Origin: Elephas maximus
Taxonomy: Eukaryota
DNA: 64,000 nucleotides
Direction of reading: 5' to 3'
NCBI RefSeq assembly: GCF_024166365.1
Contig: NC_064830.1
Span: forward strand, 89,332,968-89,396,967
Part shown: piece after piece, positions 12,858-24,000 of the stretch
Layout: each line of letters starts with the position of its first letter
How positions within the stretch are numbered: position 1 is the stretch's first letter
Position numbers and translations under genes: made by a program
Notes under the pieces: model-generated
What the model was told of the DNA's origin: nothing
The model's database searches: none
Seen by the model: the letters and a program-made list of their open reading frames with translations, nothing else

Positions 12858-13360
12858 GAAACCCTGGTGGCATAGTGGTTACGAGCTTTGCTGCTAACCA
12901 AAAGGTCAGGAGTTCAAATGCACTAGGTGCTCCTTGGAAACCCTACGGGGCAGTTCTACTCTGTCCCATAGGGTCACTATGAGTCGGAATTGACTTGACG
13001 GCAACCGGTTTGGTTTGTTTGTTTTTGGTAGCATGGAGCCCTGGTGGCACAATGGTTAAGAGCTTGGCTGCCAGCCAAAAGTTGGCAGTTCAAATCCACC
13101 AGCCACTCCTTGGAAACTCCGTGGGGCAGTTCTACTCTGTCCTATAGACTCACTATGAGTCTGAATTGACTCATCGAAAATGTTTTTTTGTTTTTTTTTT
13201 TTTGGTAGAACAGGAGCCCCCGTGGCACACTGGTTAAGCATTTGGCTGCTAACCAAAAGGTCAGCAGTTCAAATCCACCAGCTGCTCCTTGGAAACCCTA
13301 TGGGACAATTCCACTTTGTCCTATAGGGTCACTATAAGTCAGAATCGACTCGACAGCGTT
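12858..13360 (+). mobile_element. Tandem triplet of AfroSINE-type tRNA-derived SINEs in the same orientation (about 12858..13010, 13034..13185, 13213..13360)
   Basis: The unit ggagccctggtggcacaatggttaagagcttggctgc(t/c)a(a/g)ccaaaaggt(c/t)(a/g)gcagttcaaatccaccagc.gctccttggaaaccctatggggcagttctactctgtcctatagggtcactatgagtc(g/a)gaatcgactcgacggcaac appears three times. The copies are separated by short GTTT/T-rich linkers (ggtttggtttgtttgtttttggtag). Confidence 0.85.
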
Positions 13361-14047
13361 TTTGGTTTGGTAGACTATGAGCTCTCCAAGTCACCACAAG
13401 CCCCACTATTTCCCAAAATCTTATAACTGGCTAACTTCATTTATTTACGTTCCTGCCTGTCCTCTGCAGGCATTTAAATTTGCATCACCTTACTAAGCAA
13501 AAAAGAAGCTAACCACGCCCAGAGACAAGCGACTTGTCTAGCATCACTCTGTGAACTGGTGGCTGGATTGAAACTAGAACTCTGTCTTTAGTTTTCCCGC
13601 CAGTAAATCCCCCTGCTAGACATTCAGGTAATTGTTATCCTCTAAACTGGATGCTGATTAGGTCTGAAAATAACACTTCTCACCACATTTTGTCAACATT
13701 GTGTTCCTATTTCATTTCCTCTTTCGTGATTGAGTAATCTTTTACAGGCACTAGGTCTCATGACATTATCTGGGATTCTAAGGTCCTTGCTCAGCTACCC
13801 TGACATTCTTTCTGCTCCTCAAATACTGTGTGACAAGATTGTGCCTGCCTAGGGACCTTTGTATTTGCCGATCCCTCTGCTTGGAACTCTCTTCCCTCAC
13901 ATCTCCACTTCTCAGTCCCAGCTCAGAATCACCTCCTCAGAGAGGCCTTCCCTAAGGGACCTACCTACTCACACCCTTCAGGCCAGGTGCGGATTAACCA
14001 GTAAGCAAGGTACGCATAGACTTACTTGTGCTTATTCACTAATCTGC

Positions 14048-14090
14048 AGTGCACAATTTCACCAGTGAAAACCAGGTGAAATTGTGCACT
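14048..14090. repeat. Perfect 16-bp inverted repeat (hairpin/palindrome) with an 11-nt spacer, about 670 bp upstream of the KCTD13 ATG
   Basis: The left arm agtgcacaatttcacc sits at 14048..14063 and the right arm ggtgaaattgtgcact at 14075..14090. The right arm is the exact reverse complement of the left. The spacer is agtgaaaacca. Confidence 0.85.
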
Positions 14091-14229
14091 CCAGATCAGA
14101 CAACACAAGTAACCCTGAACGTTGTTTGGTTGCTGGGTAGTCCGTCCCTGCTGCAGGCTCTAGCACCCCTGCCACCTTCTCTAGGAGACCAGCCTCTTTC
14201 GACTTCCTTTAAGAGCCACCGTTGGTGTC

Positions 14230-15010
14230 CCGTTCGCAGTTCTCATCGCAGCCTGTCAAGCGCGTGAGTCTGGGAGGCGGGAAACCTTGCCCAATCCCCT
14301 TCCCCTCTCTGGGCATCCATGTTCCCTTCAAGCCCGGGAAGCGGACTGAGATCAGAGACACAAACGCGGGCGGGAACGTAGTATTCCACGTCAGGCAAGC
14401 TTATCCTGGGTGCCTTCTCGCTCTGGTTTCCCGGACTCGCGAGAGGCCCCCGGCCCTGAGCTGCAAGCACCGGAACCCTCGCTGGCCCCCGGCGCGCAGC
14501 CCTCCAGAACCACTACGCATGCTCCGCACTCGGCTCCCCGCGGTCAGGGGCGGGGCCTTGACGCGCCTGCGCAGATGCTGGGCTCCGGTTTCCGGGCCTG
14601 GCGGACGCGGTCAGGCTGAGGACCAGTGTCGCCTAGTAGCGGTGGCTTGTGGCCGTGTGGGCCGAGCGCTCTGGCTCAGGGGCCGGGATCAGGGAGTCTT
14701 TGGCAGCGGGCCGCAGGGCGCAGAGAGAGCCCGGGATCGCCGCCCACCGCCACCACCTGGCATGTCGGCCGAGGCCTCGGGCCCGGCGGCGGCCGTGGAC
14801 CCGTCACTGGAAGTCGCGAAGCCCTCGGGTCTGGAGCCTGGCTCCGCCGCCTACGGTCTCAGTCCGCTGACCCCGAACAGCAAGTACGTGAAGCTGAACG
14901 TGGGCGGCTCGCTGCACTACACCACTTTGCGCACCCTCACGGGACAGGACACCATGCTTAAAGCCATGTTTAGCGGCCGCGTGGAAGTGCTCACAGACGC
15001 TGGAGGTATG
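14230..15010 (+). promoter_or_regulatory. KCTD13: CpG island over the KCTD13 promoter, 5'UTR and exon 1
   Basis: The region is very CpG- and GC-rich (runs such as gcgcgtgagtctgggaggcggg, ccggcgcgcagccc, gcggtcaggggcggggccttgacgcgcctgcgcag). It lies immediately 5' of and overlapping the ATG at 14762. A GC-box-like ggggcggggc sits at about 14545. The contrast with the AT-rich repeat desert upstream is abrupt. Confidence 0.7.
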
Positions 15011-18000
15011 CACGCCGCCCTTGTGCCATGCTCCGTTCCCCAGATTCCTTCCCCCCGACTCTTCTCGTCGCCCAGTCTCCCCACGCCCCTTCTCTTGTGT
15101 GCAGTCCAGTCAACTCATTCTCGCCTCTCTCCAGCCCCCACATCGCACTTCATCTTCCCTTTCTCATTCATAATCTCCCTCCTTCTCCTATCCTTTACCC
15201 CCAGCAGTAACCAACACTTACGGAGCCCCTAGCCCTGCAGGCGCTGCGGTAAGTCAGTCCTCATTCCACCACGTTACCCGCTTCCGCCCCCATTTCTCCT
15301 ACCCTTCACCGCTCAGCTCCCGCGACTTGGGAACCAGCCTTGTTGCCAGCAGCACCCCCTCCAGGCCACCTTCATCAGTTTCTTCCAACTCCGCAAGCAT
15401 TTGTTCATCTATGCCTGGGCACTGCTAACACCAGCCTGGAGATCTTGTCTGTCTGTGTCTTCCTAACACAGGTTCCTATACACTTTAGGAATCTGTCTGT
15501 AAATGCAGATTGTAGAAGGAGAAGGCTGCTTTGGGTTTGCCAGGGACCCTAGATTAAGGGTGGACAGTTCTCCTTGGCAGTTACCTTACCATTCATTCAG
15601 ATTTGGGCCTCACTGCCCAGGTAGGACATTAAAATTTGAGGGGAGGGTGGAATTCAGAAGAGGTTGACAAGAATTGTGAGAGCAGAAAAACAAAAGTTGG
15701 GGAGGTGGCACACAGAAGGTGAATAATTCATTTACTCAAGTATTTGTGAAGTGTCAGTTAATGCTGGAGATACATTGGTAAAGGAATCTGACAAGACTCC
15801 CATGGAATTTACATTTTTGGAGAGGAGGGACAATAAGCAAGTAAACTATATATATATATATATGTAACTGCAGATAGTAATACATTCTGTGAAGACTGTA
15901 AATAAAAGTTAAGATGGTAGCAGCCTGGAGGGTGGGTATAAACAGAAAAACCAAACCCAGTGCAGTCGAGTCGATTCTGACTCATAGTGACCTTATAGGA
16001 CAGAGTAGAACTGCCCCATAAGGTTTCCAAGGAGCGCCTGGCGGATTTGAAATGCCAACCTTTAGGTTAGCAGCCATAGCAGTTAACCACTATGCCACCA
16101 GGGTATAGACATTGTAAATGGGATGATCAGAATCAACAAGACAGGTTAGAAGTTTACTGATAAGGTAATTCTATAACAGTTTTCTCATGGCTGAGAACCT
16201 TCTGACCACAGAATACACTTGGAAGGTAATTGATTCGCTGTGGCTGGAAATGTTAAAAGGGGTCTATGGGACTGAAGATGTTTTAAAGGATTTTCTTGAA
16301 TGTGACAAAAGTTTGGGGCGGATCAGAATTCAGACTTCCTTATAACCTTGGAATCCTTTTTTCATAAAAAACATAGTAGTTCCAAGGCCCCCCAGCAAAG
16401 TCATCCTTCCTCCTGCCTCCTTCCACCCTACCAGGTTGGGTGCTGATTGACCGGAGCGGCCGCCACTTTGGTACAATCCTCAACTACCTGCGGGACGGGT
16501 CTGTGCCACTACCTGAGAGTACCAGAGAACTAGGGGAGCTACTAGGCGAAGCACGCTACTACCTGGTACAGGGCCTGATTGAGGACTGCCAGCTGGCCCT
16601 GCAGGTGAGGGCCCCTCCCCTACCTCCTGAGTCCCACGCCTATGCCCATGGCCCTGGGAGAGCTACCCACTACTGTCGAGTCAATTCCGACTTATAGTGA
16701 CCTTATAGCGCCGGGTTGAACTGCCCCATAGGGTTTCCAAAGCTGTAATCTTCGCGAAAGCAAACTGCCACATCTTTCTCTTTCGGAGTGGCTGGTGGGT
16801 TTGGCCAACTAACCTTTTGGTTAGCAGCCAAGTGCTTTAACCACTACGCCCCCAAGTTCCCTTTTTAGATTTAAGAAAAAACAAAACTGTACCCGTTGCC
16901 ATCAAGTCGATTCCGACTCATAGCAACCCTATAGGACAGAGTAGAACTGCTGCCCCATAGAGTTTTTCAGGGAGCGCCTGGTGGATTTGAACCACTGACC
17001 TTTTGGTTAGCAGCTGTAGCACTAAACTACTACGCCACCAGGGTTTCCCCTTTTTAGATATTAAACCCAAAAAAAAAAAACCATTGCCATTGAATTGATT
17101 CTGACTCATAGCAACCCTGTAGGACAGTAGAACTGCCCCATAGGGTTTCCAAGGCTGTAATCTTTACAGAAGCAGACTGCCACATCTTTCTTCCCAGAGT
17201 GGCTGATGGGTTTGAAGCGCTGACCTTTTGGTTAGCAGTTAAGTGCTTAATATTAGGACAGAAAAAAGGAGATGTAGGGTACTGCCTGGAGAGGCTGCCT
17301 TCTAGTCTGGCTCTTACTGGCTGTGACCCCAGGGAATTTGAGGTTATGTCTTCTCCCTTCCTGCTGTCTCAGGCAGGGCCCCCCTCACCACCTCATGCCA
17401 GAACTATTGCAATGGTTAAACGACTGCTCTCTGCTGCTTGCTGTTTTTACCCAGCCAATCCACTACCACCTGAGTAATTATCCTTAAGCACAAGCCCAGT
17501 CTATTCTCTCCCTTGCTTAGAAATCCTAACTAACTCCCTAGTACCAGTAGGAAAAGAAATCTAAATTTAAACTGGAATATAATGATCTCCATGATCTTGT
17601 CCTTTCCTGGGAAACAGCTTGCCCCATGTCTACCCCGGTTTTCTTTCTCTTTTATTTATTTATTTTTTTTTAAGTAGTGAAAGCCTTTTCTGAAATAAAG
17701 TGAAACCTCACAGAAGCAGAGCTGTTCCTGATAAAACAGGGTTGGAGGTTCCAGTCCCAGCTGTTAGACTCCATTTCTACCTAACACCAAGCTCTTGAGG
17801 TTGAGGCACTTCTGTGCATCCCGTAAGGCCCTGAGGAGCAGAGTTTAGAAAGCACACCCCAGACATATGGGTTCAGGGTTAGCTCTCCCATGGCTGGCTG
17901 AGTGACCTTGGGTCAGTCACTTCCCATCTCTGGTTTTGTGTCATCATGTTCCAAAAGATAGAATAAGAAGCACACTGTTGTGAGTTTTACATAAAGCCTT

Positions 18001-21000
18001 TTATTCTATTTTTACAATGTTAACATTTTTTTGATGATATAATTTTTGATCTCATGCCATTCATGATACAGCGGTAAGAGGAGAATATTTCTTTTTTAAT
18101 GCCCTTTATGTATTAAAAAGTGGCAGCTGTGAACAATGCTCTTTTGTCTTGGGGGATACTTACTGATTTGTGTGTGTGTGTGTGGTAAATTATAACACAA
18201 ACTTGCCATTTTAACCAGTTCTAAGTGTAAAAGTTGGTGACATTAATTACATTCAACAAGTTGTACAGCCATCACTACAGTCTATTTCCAAGTCCTTTAT
18301 TACCCTAAGCAGTATTTAAACCTGTTGGCGGTTGAGTCAATTCCAACTCAGAGCGACCGTATAGAACGGAGTAGAACTGCTTCATAGGGTTTCCGAGGCT
18401 GTAATCTTTATGGAAGCAGACTGCCACGTCTTTCTCCCACACGCAGTACGTACTGGCTCTTAAAACCCAAAAATATAGGATTCCTTTGGACAGTATCCAC
18501 ATTTTCAAACATTTTGACTTCAATCTAAGAAAAAAAATACATTTTATATCCACATAAACATAACCTAAATAAACCAAACCAAGCCAAACCTGTTGTTGTT
18601 GAGTCAATTCCAACTCATAGTGACCCTGTAGGACAGTGTAGAACTGCCCCATAGGTTTCCAGGGAGCGCCTGGTGTATTTGAACTGCTGACCTTTTGGTT
18701 AACAGCTGTCGTAGCTCTTAACCACTATGCCACCAGGGTTTCCTAACCCAAATAAGTTTTATAAAATGGTATCTTTAGTGAAATACGTTCTGATATATTT
18801 TGTTTTCTTCTAATTATTTTTCAATGCTGGTTGAGACCCATTAAACTGATTTCATGACCCATTAATAATGAATTACCACTTGCAGAAAAACACTGAACTA
18901 GATGATGTTGAAATTGCAGTCCTGCTCTCTAGCTTTAAATTTAGCTCACAGTGTTGCAATTACTTTCTACTTGAATGTACATCTTCTCCCCGTGTTTGAC
19001 ACAAAAAGAAACATGAAGGAGGTTGAGTGATGCCTCCATGGTCAAAGCTTCAAACCAACCCGTTTGTTCCAGTTCCTGTTTTTCTAGCAAGTTCCCAGGC
19101 AATGTGTTAATGCTGCTGGTCAGGGACCAGCAGAGACCCACCCTAGTAGAGTGGCTCTCAAAATTCTCAAGATTTACTATACGTGTAAGACCTGGGGATC
19201 TTGTAGGTTCTGATTCAGTATATCTGGGGGTGGAAATGCAAATTCACAGGGGTTCAAACAGTAATGAAAGTGGGTCAAAGAGCCAGTAAACAGCAGAGCT
19301 CAGATTCATCCCCAGGTTATCTAACTCCCAAGCACAGTGCTTTTTCTTCTGTACTCCAGCCACCTCCTTTCCCGGTTTCTTTGAGCCTCCTCCCATTCCC
19401 ACTCCACATATCTGGAGTTTGCTTGTTTGGGGTTTTCTTTTTGTTTGTTTTTTTAAGAAGGTACAGAGAATTGAATTCATCATGCTCTCCTCAGTTTATG
19501 GCACCTAATTGTCATTGGCCTATGCAGACCCTTTCTCTTACATTTTTTGTTCGTTCCCACACCACTTCTATCCAGAGGTACACATTCCATTTCTAATGTT
19601 TTGATACATGTGCTTGGAGTATGTTTGTACTCTTGAAAAGCTAAAGCATTGCTTTGTGTTTATATACGTTTTTAATTTTCCTAAATGGTGTTGAGCAGTG
19701 GATCGTGTTCTGTTCCTTAGTTTTTTTTTTACTCAGCACCGTTTTTGAGATCATTCATGCAGCTGTATGTACATCTAGCTCTTCGCTTCTAACTGCTCTA
19801 CAGGAATCTGTGGTGTGCATTTGCCACATTTTATTTATACATTCTCCTGAGGTTGGAGACCTAGATTGCCTCCCACTTCCTGTCTCTCCCCACCTCCTGC
19901 CTCCCCTCCACTTCCTGACCCCACAGACAGTGCCACAGTGAACATCCTTGAACATGTCCCTTGTGGTCCTGTGCCAGAGTTTCTCGAATTTGTAGCTGGG
20001 AGAGGAATTCTGTATCACAGGGCACATGCATACTGAATTTCATTAAGTGTTATCAGTTTACTCTCCAGATTGATGGTAGCAGTTTACTCATTGTCAGCAG
20101 TTCACAAGGGTCCACAACAACCCATGGCATCATCCAGCTTTCTGACTTTGCCAATCCGATGGGTGTAGAGTGATCTCATTTTAATTTGCATGCCTCTGAT
20201 TACTAATGAGGTCAAGTGTACTCACTAGCCTTTTTTTTTCGTTTGTTTCCCCTTCTGTGAACTGCCTGTTCATATTCTTTACCAAATTTTCCACTGAGTT
20301 TCCTGCCTTTTTCTTTTTGCTTTTCAGGAGCTTCTTGCATATTTTAGCTCAGTCTTTTGCAACCCAGTTTCCTAGACAGAATTTAAGCCTACTACCCTAT
20401 TTTACCCTAAGGTGCTTATTGTACATAATAAATTAACTTTTCTCCTGTGCACCCAGAATGGCACTATTTACCTACTTTCTTTGGGGGAGTTGAGAAAACA
20501 GTCACTCAGATTATTTTCTGGGTTTTAAGATTCAGATGAGGACCCCGAGCTGAGAAAGGCTGTTCTAGATAATAATTTCTAGTCGGTTTGGGATGTTGCA
20601 AATATTTTCTCTTAGAATGTCACCTGTCTGTGGCATTTGTTGTTGAATAGAAATTCTTGATTTTTAAAAAGTCACAAATAACCATTTGTTATTTTTAAAG
20701 TAGAACATATGCATTGTAGAAATTTAGAAAACGTAAAAAATAAAAAGCACCATGTATCTTCCAAGTCCTTTCCTGTGTGTGTGTGTATGTGTGTATTTTT
20801 GCCAAAATATGGTCATGTTGTATGTGCTGTTTTGTAATCTGCCCTTTTTTGTTGTTCCTGTTAATGATTGCCATCTTTCCATGTCAATAAAGTTTTATCT
20901 AATACCCGGGCCATATTCAGATTTCTCCAGTTGTTTCATAAACGTCTTTTACAGCTGGTTTACTTAAACCAGGGTCCCAATCTAGGTCCTCGCATTGGAT

Positions 21001-24000
21001 CTGGTTGTTACGTTCCTTAGGTCTCTCAATTTAAAACAGTCCATTTATCTCATCATGCTGACTTATTAAAGAGACCTCCAGTTGTCCTGCACGGTGACCC
21101 ACCATCTGAATTTGGCTGTTTTTTTCCTCACGGTATCATTTGCTTTGTTACTGTGCCCTACCCTGAAAGTCTAGAAGTAGAAATTAAAGGTTTGATATTA
21201 AACATTTTGACTAGAATACATTTTAGGTGATGTTACGTATTTCATATTGTGGTCACATTGAGAGACCTCTAATGTTGCTGATATGACCCACCATTAGTGA
21301 TGCTCAGCTTTGGTTCCTGCCTTCAGGTGATGGTGGTTTGATCCTCCTTTGTAGTTACATTTCCTTGTTGCCAACTCTAAAGTGATCTGCTGGGTGTTGT
21401 TACTTGGGTACCATATGAACATCTGTTACCTGTCAATCACAAATCGATTATCGTTGCCAAAATAATTTCACTAGGGTTGTAGAATAATTGTTATAATTTT
21501 ATCATTTCTTTAACTTTTTTGTGTAGGATTATTTGTAAAATCACAATTTCCATTATCAGCTGGAAAAATTCTTGATTTTGAAGTAGTCAGACCCCTGAAT
21601 ATTTTTTGCCTAATGATGTATCCTTTTGGGGTCTTATTTAAGCAGTTTTGTTTTATGCTACATTTTCCTTTAGCTTTATAATTTTACTTTCAGGTGCAGG
21701 TCTTTTAATCTATATGGAATTCATTTTGCAAATATGAATTGCAAAGGGATTTAACTTCCTCTGTCCCTCATAGAGAGTGAGTTAGCTTTCCCAGTACCAT
21801 CTACTAAACAGTCCGCAGTAGTCAGTGTCTAAGACGGCCACCAGTGATTCTTGCCTCCTTCATTCAGGCCCTTGTTTAACCCCCTCCCACACTGAATAGG
21901 GCTGACCTATGTAACCAATAGGATATTGTGGAAATGATGATGTGTGACTTCTGAAGCTAGGCCATAAAAGACATGCAGCTTCTGTCTTGTACTGTCTTGG
22001 ATCATTCACTCTGAGGGAACCAAGGACCCTTAAGCAGCCCTAGAGAGAGGTTCACTTAGTGAGGAACTGAGGACTCCTGCCAGCAGCCAGCACAAACTTG
22101 CCAGTTGTAAGAGCAGACCATCTCAAGTGGATCCTCAAGGCCCAGTCAAGTCTTCAGATGACTGCAGCCCTGGCGGACATCCTGACTGCAACCTCATGAG
22201 AGACCCTGAGCCAAGACCACCCAGCTAAGCCAACCCCAAATTCCTGACCCACAGAAACTGTGTGATATAATAAATGTTTATTACTGTTTTAAGCTGCTAA
22301 GTTTGGAGTAATTTGTTACGTAACAATAGATAACTAATACAGATTTTCGTTGTCTGAAGTAGAGTTCTACCATAACCAAAACCTAAAATGTGGGAGTGAC
22401 TTTAGAACTGGGAAGTGGGCAGAAGCTGAGCAAAGTGTTAGTAAAAGCCTAAAGAGCTTTGAAGAGCCTTTTAATAGATGTCTGTGATGGCCTTTGAGGA
22501 GGCTGCAGGTGAGGGTTTAAAGAACAGTGAATACAATGTTATTGGAAACTGGTAGAAAGAGAATCCTCGTTACGTAGTGGCAGAAAGTTTAGCAACATTG
22601 TCACCTGTGGTAATGTAGAAAGTAGAAAACTTAATAAATTGAGTGATCTAGCTAAGGGGATTTCCAAGCAGAGTGTTAATGGTACCACTTGCTTTTTTGT
22701 TGCATATTGTAAAATGAAAAAGGAGTGGGTGAGCTAAAGGAAAAACTGCTGAATAAAAAGGAGCAGGGAATTGTTGGGTTTGAAAATTCCCAGCCTTTCC
22801 AGATAACAAAAGGTATTAAAATTAAATGGCTCCCAAAGATTAATTCAGGGCATTCTCAGGAAAACGTGGTGTAAAGATGACACTGAGAATATAGTTGTAA
22901 AATCCTGGGGGCAGGGAGGTGGGGGAATGCATCAGAGAACTATTCAGTCAAATAATAGCGCTTCTAAGAAGGAGGCCTCATGGTGCAGTGGTTAAGCACT
23001 CGGCTGCTAACCAGAAGGTAGGCAGTTTGAATCCACCGGCGGCTCCTTGAAGACCCTATAGGGCAGTTCTACTTTGTCCTATAGGGTCACAATGAGTGGG
23101 AATCGACTCAACGGCAACGGGTTTGGTTTTTTTTTTTTTTAAGGAGGTTAAAGATGTTGTTCTCAGCAATCTTAATACAAGCCCAAGAAAGAAAAGGACT
23201 TATCTCACAGAGATTTGTAGATGGTGGCTTTTGTCTAAGAAAGAAAGGCCCAGTAAGATTCACAAGACATCCATTAAAATTTTAAGAGAATTATAGTGGC
23301 AGAAACACTGCCAACTTCAACTGAAAGGGAAAATGACAGTGCAAAAGGAAAAGACGACTTTGGACTCCCAATTTCTACAGGCAGGAAGCAGGCCGAGAAA
23401 AGTATGGAGCTGCAAAGAGACTGCCTTTCATGGAAAAGGAAGGATGACTCAGGGCAGAGCCAAGAACCATGAAGAATCATTTCTGAACAGGAGTAGGAAT
23501 CAAGGAACTTACAACATTTGCCCAACTGGATTTCAGAATTGCTTTAGACCAGTGACTACTATGTACCTCTTGTTTTCCCCCTCTTTTGAACAAGAGTGCC
23601 CATAGTGGTTATCCTATGCCTACCCCACATTGTATATTGGATGTATAGAGGCTCACTGATCTTCAGATTGAGAGGAAATGTGCTTAAGGAGCTGTAGTTA
23701 AGGAGCCCCACCCTCACTTGGACCTATTTATATGACAAGAATCTGTACTTCAAGCTGGTGGTATAATGGAATGAGACTTTTGGGGACCTTGGGAGGGGGT
23801 GAGTATATTTTGCATGTGATGGGGATATGAATCAGTGGGGGCCAGAGGGTGGACTGTGGAGCCAGCCTCTAAGGCAGCCCCCAATGTTTCTTGCCTCCTA
23901 GTATTCATTCCCTTGTATGGTCTCCTCTCATGCTGCACAGGGCTGTCTCTGTAGCCAGTATTGAGGAAATGATGCTGTGTAACTTCTGAAGCTAGGTCAT

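Noticed and set aside
1-14000. Possibility that TMEM219 or another 16p11.2 neighbour lies in the first 14 kb
   Set aside because: I found no exon-like conserved coding segment with splice sites and no CpG island. The content is ERV, L1, RTE and SINE. In human, the KCTD13-TMEM219 gap is larger than this flank, so the absence is expected.
14222-15232. 336-aa plus-strand ORF overlapping KCTD13 exon 1
   Set aside because: It starts in the CpG-island 5'UTR in the KCTD13 frame and reads straight through the GTATGC donor at 15006 into intron 1 (P/S/L-rich junk). The real product is the spliced KCTD13. It is an artefact of GC-rich sequence being stop-poor.
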